This document shows positions 28,401-37,803 of a DNA stretch of 64,000 nt, piece by piece. Under the pieces are notes generated by a model. It was not told the origin of the DNA, searched no databases, and worked only from the letters and a program-made list of their open reading frames with translations. Source of the stretch: Candidatus Uhrbacteria bacterium. Lineage in GTDB: Bacteria; Patescibacteriota; Patescibacteriia; UBA9934; GWF2-40-263. The stretch lies in NCBI GenBank assembly GCA_016188425.1, contig JACPHX010000006.1, forward strand, positions 28,585 through 92,584, read 5' to 3'. Position 1 is the first letter of the stretch, and the number at the start of each line of letters is the position of its first letter. Both the position numbers and the translations under genes were made by a program.

Positions 28401-31400
28401 TCGCCGCAGATCGCCGAGGCGCCAACCACCGTTCCTTGACAGAAGGAGTTGGGATAGAAACCGTCAGGGACAGAGGCGGGGGGATCATCTACACAGGCCG
28501 CATTGCCGCCCACCGTACAATCCTCCCCCCCTCGATTCCCTCCCACGCAGGTGGCTCCATTGCAATACCCATGCAGCACGTTGTATTCCGCGCGCAATGA
28601 AGAGTAATCGTTGGTATCCTGGTCGATATTTTCACTCCAAGGATAGTCCCCGTATTCCAGCATCCCTACGAGGTGATAGGCCGTGCTGCCGACGCCCTGG
28701 TACGCATAGATATGCGATCCTGGCGCGCACGCGAACTTCCCCGCCGTCGAATCGAAACAAGTCTCCGGGTCCGGATTGAACCCGCCCGAGCTGTCACAAG
28801 AGGAGAAACGGTTAATCGAATCGATAGGCAGCGTCCCTCCGACCAAGTTCCCGAGTTGCGCCTGCCAGCTGGGCCAGCGGCTGACGCTTTGCGCGCGGAT
28901 GAACGTCCCTTCGGAAAGCGCGGGGATGGAGGGGAGGCAGGCCTCGCCGATCGGACATTCGAAATCGAACCGGCAGGCGATGTCGGAACGAACCTCACAA
29001 TGGCCGTTACGCTGGGCCACGGTGCGTATGGCATCCTCCATCTTCAACAACTCTGTGAGGCGCACGGTATCGCGTCGTAATTTTGGCTTGTCCGCGCCGC
29101 AATACTGCCGGTCGCCGCAATCGCCGTCCCAGCTGCAACCAACCGGCTTGCCATCCGCATCCGTAGCGATCGCCGCCGTCCCCATGCCCACGCACACGTT
29201 AAACGATTCAACATTGGTGTTGAACTTCCAGTTCGCGATCGCTTGGTTGAAAATCTGCACTGCCACGTCGCCCGCATTTGGGTTGGTCGTCACCACGAAA
29301 ATGTTCGGATGCAGCTTGTTGTCGTCCCCCAACGTCGGCGCCGCGATATAAGCGGTATTTCCATCGCGCACCGCATCGTATCCGTCGATCTTGATGGGCT
29401 GCGGGCTCCCTTGGAAATTCTGGACGCGATACCAGTCCATGGCCGACAAATAGCCCGGGTTGCCGAGCACTTTCACGCCCAACGCATCCGTTTTAACGAC
29501 ATGGCTTACGTTCATCTCATCCACGAAAGTCTGGTTGGCAATGTACAAGCTTTCTTTGAACACTCCACGCGCCGTGACAGGCGTCGCGACATGCACGTAC
29601 TCCAAACGGGGCAAATCGTCCGCCGTGCTTGCCGGATCCCCCACATCCGCACAATAGAAGAACTGGTAATAGGTGGGGTCGCTCTCGCCAGGGTCGAACG
29701 TGGTGCCGTCATCGAGTGCGGAGTCGGTATCGCGGAAATAGTAGGGTTGCTCACACAGTGGAGCAAACAAATCCACGGATCCGTTCACGACCTTGGAGGG
29801 GGTCGTGTCGGTTCCCTCAAAGATGCTCGCACTGGCCATCGCCGTGCCCTCGCCCGTCTTTCCAAGGGCTGTATATCGCCGATACTGATCGTTGGTCGCA
29901 TAATCTGGATCCGCATCATTTCCAAAGACGGCTGATGAATCGGAAGGGAGGATAGTCCAGGCGTAGGTCCACGCGTACACGCCCGTGATGGATTGCAACG
30001 GCTGCGTTTGGTTCAACGTAAACGCCGTTGAGAGAAGCCGATGCTCCTCATTCGTTTTTCGGAAGACTTGCGAGTGGAGCGGGAGCCTTGGGTTCCCGGC
30101 GGCCGGAAGCGCGGCTCGATCCCCCAAATCTTGCACCACCACTTGCTCTACTTTGCAAAGTTCCGAAGTGGTCGTGAACGGAATCACATGCACCCCACCC
30201 GCCTCCTTTGGCAAACCAACGCCATGCTCGCTCAAAAGGCCGATCTTCGTGGCAGGATCGCCATCATCGGTATTGATGACGAGCTGGTAGGTTTGGCCTG
30301 CTGCGGTGGGCTCTAATGCTTGGGAAAGTTTTATGTGCATCTGCGCCTTTTCATAAATGGCATCCGGGTCGGGAAGCGTGTCCACCCAGTCCACCACCTC
30401 AAATGTGATGGGCAGGTAGCAGACTGAGCTCTGGGCGGAAACAGAATAGCCAAACAGCCACCGGAAACTAGAAACGATATGATGCCAGGCCTTGGCATAC
30501 CAGGTATTGGGAACGGCCTCCGCTGTGAGATAGCCGGCCGGACACGTCCCTCCAACCAGTTCCAAATGGACATTCTCATCCAACAAGTCTTCCGCCATCG
30601 GCTGATCGAAGTTCACGAAGATATCGGCATTGCGGCAAATCTGCGGAGTGCCAGATAAAGGCGGGAAGGAACTGACAATGGTCGGACGCGGGTAACAGCA
30701 TCCGGTCTCGGCACACGCGTACACCGGTGGAAGCGACGGATCCGGATCGATGCATTGGGTGTCATCCGTACACGTGCAGGAAACACTGTATTTTGCGGTT
30801 CCCTTCACGGTGTTTGCTTCTGCGGTAATCGTGGACGTGGCAATTTTTGTGAGCGGATCCAATTCCACTGCGGCATTCAGATCGATTTTGGCGAGCGTAA
30901 ACGCGGGTGTAAAGACAGCAGTGCCCGCGTACTCGCATTCCTCACCGATCCCCGTGGCCTTGTCGCCGCAGAACGAAGGGGTCGTGTACGTACTCGACGA
31001 CCCTTCTGCCAAGCAGTTCATGGAACAGCCGTCGCCGCTCGTATAGTTGCCATCATCGCAATCTTCTCCAGGATCCACCACCGCCACTCCCGCGCCAGGA
31101 GGATCGCCACAGCAATTCGTCAAATGCGTCGCGTCACAGATACGCAATCCCTCATTGAGACACAAGGAAGAACATCCATCGCCATCCACAGCATTGTTGT
31201 CATCGCAATCTTCTCCTGGTTCTTGCGTCCCATTCCCACAAATCCCGATCAAGGCCGCGGCCGACATGGCGATCGTGCCTTCATGAAGACAAATGGAGGA
31301 ACATCCATCGCCGTTGAACCGGTTCCCATCATCGCACTCTTCCCCGCCAACAGCCGCACTGTAAGCCACGTGGCCATCGCCGCAAGTCGTACGCGCGGCG

Positions 31401-34400
31401 GCCGATCCTTCATTGAGGCAGCGAGAAGAACATCCGTCGCCATTGATGACATTCCCATCATCGCACTCTTCCGGCGCATCTAAAGATCCGTTCCCGCAGG
31501 CGGCGTTTTCTATGCCTATATGGATACACGTAGGTCCGCAGCCAAACGGCAGCGGCCCGCCCGAAAAGGCCGCATCGCAATCTTCCCCCGCTTCAACCAC
31601 GCCGTTTCCGCAATGCGGATCGGTTATTTTAATAAGACTTCCTGTGTGTAAACAGCTTCCCGCACACCCGGCCGGGAGCGAAGCACCTATGGTCAATGTC
31701 GAATCGACCGTAGCAACATCCACGTTCGCATCTGCGGGCGGCACATCGACGTCCGCGCTGCTCCAAGGGGACCACGCCACGTTTGTTTGGAGATATTGCC
31801 CGGTAGGAGAACAGGCATCCGGTGCGCTCTTGGGGAGGCCGATGAATAGCTGCGTATCCCCTATCGATGTGGTTTGCGCCGCCTCCGGCCGCACTTCAAC
31901 GCTCGCCACGTCGCAGCGATCCCCTGTTCCGCTGGTCTTGAACACCCAGGAATAGTCATTGGTATAGCCGTGATTCTGATCGTCGTTGGATCCGTCAATG
32001 GATAAGGCAACGCCGCCGCTGGCATCCGTGATGTTGCCAGAGACGACCACGCGGTAGAACGTATCGGCAATCAGGGAACTGTTGAGGTTGATCCCCACTT
32101 CGCGGCAACCGCTCGCCGCCGGCGAGGTATCCAGACAGACGGGAGTCACGAGATACGCATTGCGATTAATGCGCGCCGCATCGCCATCGACGCACAATTC
32201 ATTCGGACATTGCCACAGGGAGTAATTCCCGGTGGTAAGGGCCTGGGTCGAGTTCATCTCCGTATTGAAACGGACGCCCGCGCTCGCATTGATGCAGGCC
32301 TCGCCGCAATCCGGCCACACATGCTCAACCTGCGGGTTGGGAAACTCCACCGTGATATCTGCCTGGCCGCCGACGGGGGTCGTGATCCCTGTGAGCAAGG
32401 CCACGATATGGGCAGGATCGGGATTGGTTTCCGCAAGAGCGGTGGCGGTGTTATCAAAATTGGTATCAGCCGTGACGACGGAAACGGATCCGGATTGGGT
32501 GCTGGACCAGGCAAATGAATAGGCCGCCGGATTCAGAACCAGACAGCGACCTGCCATGGGCAGTGCGTCATAATCCTGTGTCTTCGCTACAGAAGCAAGC
32601 GTTGTATCTGCGGGAGACACAAGTACGCCGCTGACGTCGCAATCTGTCCCGGCACGAACTTTGAAACGGAAAATGTAATCGCTTCCCAGTTTTTCCCCAA
32701 GCTGCGGGGGAACATCGATAGCCTTAAACAAGTTGCCTCTGAGAGTCACCCTGTAGGTGCTTCCAGCCGCAAACGGAGTCGCGGGCGTCCATAAAAAGAC
32801 TTTCGGTTTTGGATCAGAAGGAGGCGAGACAGCAAATGTCCCCGTCACGGGCGAAACCGTGTCACAGGGGTCATCCCCCGTATCCGTACACGTATCCACC
32901 GCGACGGCCGCGCCGTTAAAGGTGGTCAAATCCATCTTGGTTGTGAACTCCACCCGGATGATCGACGTGGTACAAGCATCCTCTCCCCACGCATCCCACG
33001 GGGAAGGCGATACAACCCGCTTGTCATCCGATGGATTGAGGGTACCGCGCGTGTCGATGGAACACTCTTCCAAGACGCGAGGAATGACAGGCAAGGGCCC
33101 CGTTGCAAACTGATACACAAAACTCGCGGCCACGGGTTGTTTGCACACATCCGCACAACTCCCGTCCGCACAGCACAAGTAGCCGATGCCAAACCCATGG
33201 CAATAATCCGCACTCTCTTCCCGGCAGTCGCTCACCGAAAACGGCAAAGGGTTGCTCGTATAACCGGCTCCCGCCGTTGTCGCCGTGACGGCACCCGTTG
33301 TCGCGCCGACCGGAACTTGCGCCCCGCTGATTTCATCGTTATCCCACGCCGCCACCACGGCAGGAACTCCATTGAAAAAATCCACCGTCCCCGTCGTCGT
33401 CCCAAGATTCTCGCCGTCCAGTTTAACAACGCTACGATTCGCCGCCGTCCATTCAGGCCCCGAAACGGGTGTCAATTTGCACAAAGCCGGCCCAGGTTGG
33501 TCATCGATGACCGTGAATGGCGCCGGGCCAGAACTCTGCGCGTCGGAAGATCGTTGCACGAAAATGTTATGGGTAAGGTATTCGATGGGATCCGGCGGAG
33601 CCACATACGTCGTCGGCACCTTCACAAGAATGGTGCTGTCGTTCCAAAGAGCCGCCCCGCACGCCGGTGGAAAATCTGTATCAGCCAAGGCGAAGACGCC
33701 CCCCCCTTTGTCAAAAGTAACCGTTCCTCCGAATCCGAAATGCGATCCAAGAATGGTGACATACTGCCCTGGTGGCCCCCAATCATTCACTTCCGCGCAA
33801 GAAATGGACGCCCCGCAATCCGCCACGGCATTGGCGACGGAGCAATGCGCTCCATCATTCGCTCCACCTGCACACGCATGCCAGCCAGAGACGACTTCAT
33901 TGATGACCGGCGGGTTGGCATCGGCATCCTGGGTAAAGACAAGTGGGTTGGATCCTTGTCGGAGCGGAAGGCAGACCCCGTCCGCAGGCGCGCACCGGTC
34001 GGTCGCCGAACAAAGTTCTGCCGTATTGATAGAACAGGCGTCCTCCCCAATAAACATCCTCACGTAATGCGATCCGGAACTCAAGAGCGGAGCCGTGGCG
34101 GTGGCGGACGTGCTGGACCATGTGGCTGTGTTGTAGGAAGTCGCTCTTGATGCATCGAAATAGACGGTCGAAGAAGCCGTATACGTCGAACCGAAATTCT
34201 TTCCAGAAAGCGTGACGCTGGACTGCCGCGGCCCGGTGGAAGGACTGATGGAACAAAGCCCGGGACGGACAATCGTGTTCACGTCAAAATCCGCAATGTG
34301 CGGGCCGTAGGTATCATCCGTCTGATCCGTTTTTGTCGGGTCGTCCCCCCGAAGGACTTCGATGGGGCCATCAACCGCTCCCACGGGAACCTCCACGACG

Positions 34401-35911
34401 ATCAACCGGTCCCCCCATTGCGGAGAGCCGCTGCAGACCGCGGCTGATACGGTCTTCTCGTCACCAGAAACAGGTGATCCTAAGAAAACCACTGTGCCCG
34501 CGCTCGCGGTTGGGCCGAAATTGCGGCCGATGATGCTGATGAGGTTTCCGACGGCTCCGTCTCCAGGCGTCACCTGGTCGATCCGCGGCCGCGTGTCTGC
34601 GGCACAGACGCCGGCGACGCACACTTCGTCCGTGCCGCAATCCGTATCGACGGAACAGGCGCCTCCTACGCATGCGCCGCAGTAATACTGGCTGGTCGTG
34701 CTTCCGCCGCAGTTCAGCTCGGTCTCGCCCAAATCCGTATCGATGGCGAGGTTGTTGCAATTGGCCGCGCGCAGGAACACCCTCGACGTCGTACTCGTCT
34801 CATTCGCCGCACAATCAAACCCCTTCATCCCGATCGTATACTGGCGGTTGGTCATGTACCCCGCCGCATCCCACTCCGATCCGTCATCGAAAAACAAACG
34901 CTCCGTGGTCGGGAACGGCTGCCCCGCAACGGGGAATGAATCGCTCGTCGAAAGGTCGGAGGAGGGGGTGAACAAGGTTCCATTGACGGAAAAATCGACG
35001 GCGTCTACCCCGACATCATCTTTGGTATAGGCCTGCAGGTCGATCGGGAACCCCCCCGCAAACACCACCGTGCCGTCCGCGGGCGCGTCGGCATGAACCG
35101 TGGATGGCGGAGCCGTGTCTATCGTTGCCAATGGGTCTATGGCAAACGAATACGTGCAGGGATGGGTCACGTCGCACACCAATGCCCAGCCGTTAGTTGA
35201 ACGGAGGATGGAAGGATCTGCCTTCACCGTATAACTCGTATCCGCCGGCAGACACGGAACCCCGGAACAGGTATTGGCGGGGGTAAACGTTACCCTCGAC
35301 CCAACGAGAGAAAACGTTCCTGGAACATCGTCCGACGTTGCGTCATCAATCACCCGCAACCCGCCGACAAGGGTGCTGTCTGGCAGCTGGATCCTGCTCA
35401 TCTCCGGGGGTCTCGTAAAAGAAAACTGGAGCAGCGTATTGGAAACGAATTCAAAACAATCTACGTTGAGCGGATTAAGCTGGAAGGAACGGCCCGGGGA
35501 CGGAGGGAATACCGGGTCTCTAGCCGGCTCCGATGAAGTCGTTCCCCCGCTGATCGCCGATGACAGGCGGCTGATGACAAAACTCGCAATCCCGTAGGCC
35601 CCCAAAATGAGAACGAGCCCGATCAGTCCGTTTCGAAGGATATCCCTCCCCTTCTTGACCCGCTTCTGATCACCGGCGGAGGTAAGGAACACCCATCCGC
35701 CCCACAGCACGATGAGCACTGCCAAAACTCCCAGGAAACCCAACAGGACGCTGATCAGTTTTGCGACGATCAATGGCACGCTGTCATTCACCCCCAGCCC
35801 CGCGATGTTCGCGAACGTGCCGGTAAGGCCGAAATTCGTTTGCGCCAACGCCACTTGCGGCATAAGCAGCAGAAGGAGTGGGAACAGACGAATGAGAAGG
35901 CGCTTGATCAC
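25454..35911 (-). CDS. Giant (3485 aa) surface protein: signal peptide plus TrbC/VirB2-like pilin membrane module, Ig/IPT-like regions, Myxococcus-type Cys-rich repeats (CGxGxxExGEECDDGN..GDGCS..C), C-terminal vWA domain with MIDAS
   Basis: N-terminus MIKRLLIRLFPLLLLLMPQVALA|QT...VLIVLWGGWVFLTSAGDQKRVKKGRDILRNGLIGLVLILGAYGIASFV. Cys repeats lie in roughly the second quarter of the protein plus a second cluster nearer the C-terminus. vWA DVVFVLDKTASMS...IIVSDSD at ~25860-26370. Confidence 0.7.
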   Translation of the reverse strand: MIKRLLIRLFPLLLLLMPQVALAQTNFGLTGTFANIAGLGVNDSVPLIVAKLISVLLGFLGVLAVLIVLWGGWVFLTSAGDQKRVKKGRDILRNGLIGLVLILGAYGIASFVISRLSSAISGGTTSSEPARDPVFPPSPGRSFQLNPLNVDCFEFVSNTLLQFSFTRPPEMSRIQLPDSTLVGGLRVIDDATSDDVPGTFSLVGSRVTFTPANTCSGVPCLPADTSYTVKADPSILRSTNGWALVCDVTHPCTYSFAIDPLATIDTAPPSTVHADAPADGTVVFAGGFPIDLQAYTKDDVGVDAVDFSVNGTLFTPSSDLSTSDSFPVAGQPFPTTERLFFDDGSEWDAAGYMTNRQYTIGMKGFDCAANETSTTSRVFLRAANCNNLAIDTDLGETELNCGGSTTSQYYCGACVGGACSVDTDCGTDEVCVAGVCAADTRPRIDQVTPGDGAVGNLISIIGRNFGPTASAGTVVFLGSPVSGDEKTVSAAVCSGSPQWGDRLIVVEVPVGAVDGPIEVLRGDDPTKTDQTDDTYGPHIADFDVNTIVRPGLCSISPSTGPRQSSVTLSGKNFGSTYTASSTVYFDASRATSYNTATWSSTSATATAPLLSSGSHYVRMFIGEDACSINTAELCSATDRCAPADGVCLPLRQGSNPLVFTQDADANPPVINEVVSGWHACAGGANDGAHCSVANAVADCGASISCAEVNDWGPPGQYVTILGSHFGFGGTVTFDKGGGVFALADTDFPPACGAALWNDSTILVKVPTTYVAPPDPIEYLTHNIFVQRSSDAQSSGPAPFTVIDDQPGPALCKLTPVSGPEWTAANRSVVKLDGENLGTTTGTVDFFNGVPAVVAAWDNDEISGAQVPVGATTGAVTATTAGAGYTSNPLPFSVSDCREESADYCHGFGIGYLCCADGSCADVCKQPVAASFVYQFATGPLPVIPRVLEECSIDTRGTLNPSDDKRVVSPSPWDAWGEDACTTSIIRVEFTTKMDLTTFNGAAVAVDTCTDTGDDPCDTVSPVTGTFAVSPPSDPKPKVFLWTPATPFAAGSTYRVTLRGNLFKAIDVPPQLGEKLGSDYIFRFKVRAGTDCDVSGVLVSPADTTLASVAKTQDYDALPMAGRCLVLNPAAYSFAWSSTQSGSVSVVTADTNFDNTATALAETNPDPAHIVALLTGITTPVGGQADITVEFPNPQVEHVWPDCGEACINASAGVRFNTEMNSTQALTTGNYSLWQCPNELCVDGDAARINRNAYLVTPVCLDTSPAASGCREVGINLNSSLIADTFYRVVVSGNITDASGGVALSIDGSNDDQNHGYTNDYSWVFKTSGTGDRCDVASVEVRPEAAQTTSIGDTQLFIGLPKSAPDACSPTGQYLQTNVAWSPWSSADVDVPPADANVDVATVDSTLTIGASLPAGCAGSCLHTGSLIKITDPHCGNGVVEAGEDCDAAFSGGPLPFGCGPTCIHIGIENAACGNGSLDAPEECDDGNVINGDGCSSRCLNEGSAAARTTCGDGHVAYSAAVGGEECDDGNRFNGDGCSSICLHEGTIAMSAAALIGICGNGTQEPGEDCDDNNAVDGDGCSSLCLNEGLRICDATHLTNCCGDPPGAGVAVVDPGEDCDDGNYTSGDGCSMNCLAEGSSSTYTTPSFCGDKATGIGEECEYAGTAVFTPAFTLAKIDLNAAVELDPLTKIATSTITAEANTVKGTAKYSVSCTCTDDTQCIDPDPSLPPVYACAETGCCYPRPTIVSSFPPLSGTPQICRNADIFVNFDQPMAEDLLDENVHLELVGGTCPAGYLTAEAVPNTWYAKAWHHIVSSFRWLFGYSVSAQSSVCYLPITFEVVDWVDTLPDPDAIYEKAQMHIKLSQALEPTAAGQTYQLVINTDDGDPATKIGLLSEHGVGLPKEAGGVHVIPFTTTSELCKVEQVVVQDLGDRAALPAAGNPRLPLHSQVFRKTNEEHRLLSTAFTLNQTQPLQSITGVYAWTYAWTILPSDSSAVFGNDADPDYATNDQYRRYTALGKTGEGTAMASASIFEGTDTTPSKVVNGSVDLFAPLCEQPYYFRDTDSALDDGTTFDPGESDPTYYQFFYCADVGDPASTADDLPRLEYVHVATPVTARGVFKESLYIANQTFVDEMNVSHVVKTDALGVKVLGNPGYLSAMDWYRVQNFQGSPQPIKIDGYDAVRDGNTAYIAAPTLGDDNKLHPNIFVVTTNPNAGDVAVQIFNQAIANWKFNTNVESFNVCVGMGTAAIATDADGKPVGCSWDGDCGDRQYCGADKPKLRRDTVRLTELLKMEDAIRTVAQRNGHCEVRSDIACRFDFECPIGEACLPSIPALSEGTFIRAQSVSRWPSWQAQLGNLVGGTLPIDSINRFSSCDSSGGFNPDPETCFDSTAGKFACAPGSHIYAYQGVGSTAYHLVGMLEYGDYPWSENIDQDTNDYSSLRAEYNVLHGYCNGATCVGGNRGGEDCTVGGNAACVDDPPASVPDGFYPNSFCQGTVVGASAICGDGIQGANEFCEVGQIKPVDCKLGYCKGGTRDGSYCSEATDCATTPGGSCDPATLKCVGGTAAANTTCTVATQATDCPSITCDRSVEKDGHKLVPCAPTAGLCAVTFAPGQLPYQRSCTTTADCESASLYCATLFCGGDPSFGACAVAANCKICSGGIRDGLHCVSDSNCLGSGTCGVSGAACTPMTQNVCAFTTDTGSSATCVAYQCGNGVPDEDEDCDEGFLNGTYGHCPSDCQIATGTQRNICGDGTLDAGESCDCGGLFSTALGGWATAAHCGTLRNGEYGSACAADCRGVGPSCGDGLVQTANNEICDPNDPATRYAKEPVGYCELDPTNYCTGDGVADCPVDTTPCVFPVLSNVCDQGDPVKIGGICSIPQNCDKGVPGDADYVRGSCSAQTYPIQYSLTCSTSGANACKGYDRVGSPNGGGQYCGDGRKTGTEECDDGNRNDNDGCTNSCKTAVCGDNVVNLGVESCDNGSQNGNGCNAPYGGVCTGCTRDCRFETVTGAFCGNNVIEGTELCDGLMAANSAGICSGIITFPSPGVLMGGACTFPGGACSTVGTSCKEIGYCDGGTNVGMRCVRDASVDALLDPSCVGGGGVCVVAKCAGDCASTCPPVFTSQKARMLPEIVNSTLVDSVTLFSQASGQFPNDAKVFLPVCSVLSTLTMDVRIPGAPAPHDTDVVFVLDKTASMSRAFGGSTRLQEAGDAVAAQIDLMRNRWQGSGKILRVGLAVFGDRAAVGQALDADTNLARNKVVNLTGADAAGSALVNAGVSVANGMFSGSADQVMIIVSDSDPVDSPAWNLVNIVKNPDGSLKNPARRVYSLTITNTMDPLVDTAGVERAGVMASVTNDLCAWGNASPTTPTQTQLQHYRTSTDLSSPRVCGPNTGVEYAYTAWTQSVFISAARFIVDSFSPFSVTVTGKDRDGNTVQSVGILTQGVGQIIPIPAGLLGCDGVSSIPINIRADCPTGCTISNVSAAACPAR

Positions 35912-35923
35912 AAACGATGAAGG

Positions 35924-37726
35924 TTAGTAAGGCAGTCCGCCACCCAAAGGAGCCGCCGCATTGCAGGCACCGGAACGAGCCGTCAAAAGAGGTGACGGCT
36001 CGGTTCCCTCGCTGCAACAGTTCGGGTTGGTCGAATCGCTGGCGCACACAGGAAGCGTTCCTCCGCTCAAAGCCGGATACATACAAAACTGATTGGATCC
36101 TTTCAATCCATGGGTGATTTCCTGGAAATACGCCAATCCTCCATCCATATCTGAAATAAGGGGAGGATGTTCAATGAGAGCAATGTTGGGAGTGATGCCA
36201 AGCGCTCCGGTAAACCAGACCGAGTAATCTGGAAGAGAGGTGGAGGGATGGAAAATCAGGTTTGAATTACTTACGGTGGAAGGTTGCAGATTTCGATTAA
36301 ACGTAATCGTGATGGGATCATTCAGACTGGCAAATGACTTGTTGATGGCCGGGCTCAATCCGACCACCGCTGGCGTGGCTGTATCGATGAAGTTTGTTGT
36401 TGTAAATGACCAAGGAAAATCGTCACCAGCAGTTCCATCCCCTCCAATGACACCGCCATCAAGCGAGTTTCCTGCCGCATCCACGACCCCGTCATAGGGG
36501 ACGACGGACTGAACGGTATTGGTGGGATCAATCGACGTATCGATGGTCGCCGCGGTCGCGAGACCCGAGATGGTTGCCGCCCCTGGAAGGCAATAGACCG
36601 TGTTCCCGCACGGATCCGTCGCACATCCCTGGGCAGGGATAAACTCGACCGTGCGATACCCGTTGCTGATTTGCCAAACCCCCACCACGGGCGTGCCTCC
36701 GTTGTCTAACACAAGGTTTGTAAACGGAAGCGTGTGTCCTGTCGTTGCCACCGGATTCATGGCCTCGTTGAACGTGATCGACGCAATGGTATTTTTATCG
36801 ACCGCAGGCGACGACGGCGCCGGGACCCGCGACACCACATACGGAGGAGTCAGGTCGACCGTGGTTCCAACCTCGAAGGTCCAAGAGTAGCCAGCTGGGT
36901 ACCCAGCAAACGCATCCGCCGTATCGTCTTTTTTGATATCCGAAGTTAGATGCACGGTATAGTTGGTGTCCTGCACACCATCACCCAGCCAATTCACCGG
37001 ATCAAACGTATACACTTTGTGATCCTTCGTGACGAACACCTTGACGTCCGCGGGAAGAAACTTAGAAGTGATGTCGGCTGATTTGAAAAACTCCACCGAA
37101 GTATCGGCTATTTGGCCGGATCCGGATCCGTCCCCGTTATCGACGAACCCAACCATAACCGTGTTGGGGTCGACGGCCTCTTTGAAGGTGAGGAAAACGT
37201 TTGTATTCCTCGCCACATCAAGCGCGCCCCGGGGCGGATAGTGATCCTGCACGATCCCCAGCCCAAGCGGGCCGGAGAGCGGATCCGTATACCGGCCAGC
37301 CAGATCCGTCCGTGTGCCCACACCCGTCAGGACATTTACGCCCAGCAGGCGGAAGATGAATACGACGATGGCCCAGGATGCCAAAATGATGATAAGGCCG
37401 ATGACCGCATTTTTGAGCACGTTGCGGCCCTGCTCTACCCGACGTGCGTCCCCCGCCGACGTCATGATGACGTACCCGGCATACAAGATCATGACAACGG
37501 CGATGATGCCGATAATGCTCAAGAAGGCGAGAATCAACAGTTCGATGATTTCAATAAGCGGCCGCTGCCCCAAGAGCGTCGCCTGCGTGCCAACCTGTTC
37601 GAGCGCAGACGATTGGGCCAGGGCCGGAGACGCAGAAAAAAAGAAGCCAAAGATACCAAAAGCAACCGAACCAAAAAGGGAACGAAGCGTCCGTGTCCGT
37701 AAATGAAGAAAAGAAAAAACGCGCAT
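35924..37726 (-). CDS. 600-aa surface protein: signal peptide plus the same TrbC/VirB2-like pilin module, followed by bacterial Ig-like (Big_5-type) domains
   Basis: SASPALA|QSS...ILYAGYVIMTSAGDARRVEQGRNVLKNAVIGLIIILASWAIVVFIF; 12-nt gap to the giant gene. Confidence 0.65.
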   Translation of the reverse strand: MRVFSFLHLRTRTLRSLFGSVAFGIFGFFFSASPALAQSSALEQVGTQATLLGQRPLIEIIELLILAFLSIIGIIAVVMILYAGYVIMTSAGDARRVEQGRNVLKNAVIGLIIILASWAIVVFIFRLLGVNVLTGVGTRTDLAGRYTDPLSGPLGLGIVQDHYPPRGALDVARNTNVFLTFKEAVDPNTVMVGFVDNGDGSGSGQIADTSVEFFKSADITSKFLPADVKVFVTKDHKVYTFDPVNWLGDGVQDTNYTVHLTSDIKKDDTADAFAGYPAGYSWTFEVGTTVDLTPPYVVSRVPAPSSPAVDKNTIASITFNEAMNPVATTGHTLPFTNLVLDNGGTPVVGVWQISNGYRTVEFIPAQGCATDPCGNTVYCLPGAATISGLATAATIDTSIDPTNTVQSVVPYDGVVDAAGNSLDGGVIGGDGTAGDDFPWSFTTTNFIDTATPAVVGLSPAINKSFASLNDPITITFNRNLQPSTVSNSNLIFHPSTSLPDYSVWFTGALGITPNIALIEHPPLISDMDGGLAYFQEITHGLKGSNQFCMYPALSGGTLPVCASDSTNPNCCSEGTEPSPLLTARSGACNAAAPLGGGLPY

Positions 37727-37803
37727 GGGATATCTTCATTTTACAACATCTCGGCGCGCAGGGCGAGGAGAGACCCCATGTGGACAAGATTGTTACGACC
37801 CCC

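Noticed and set aside
25485-35030. Dozens of 60-340-aa ORFs on both strands inside 25454..35911
   Set aside because: All nested in alternative frames of the single 10.5-kb giant gene.
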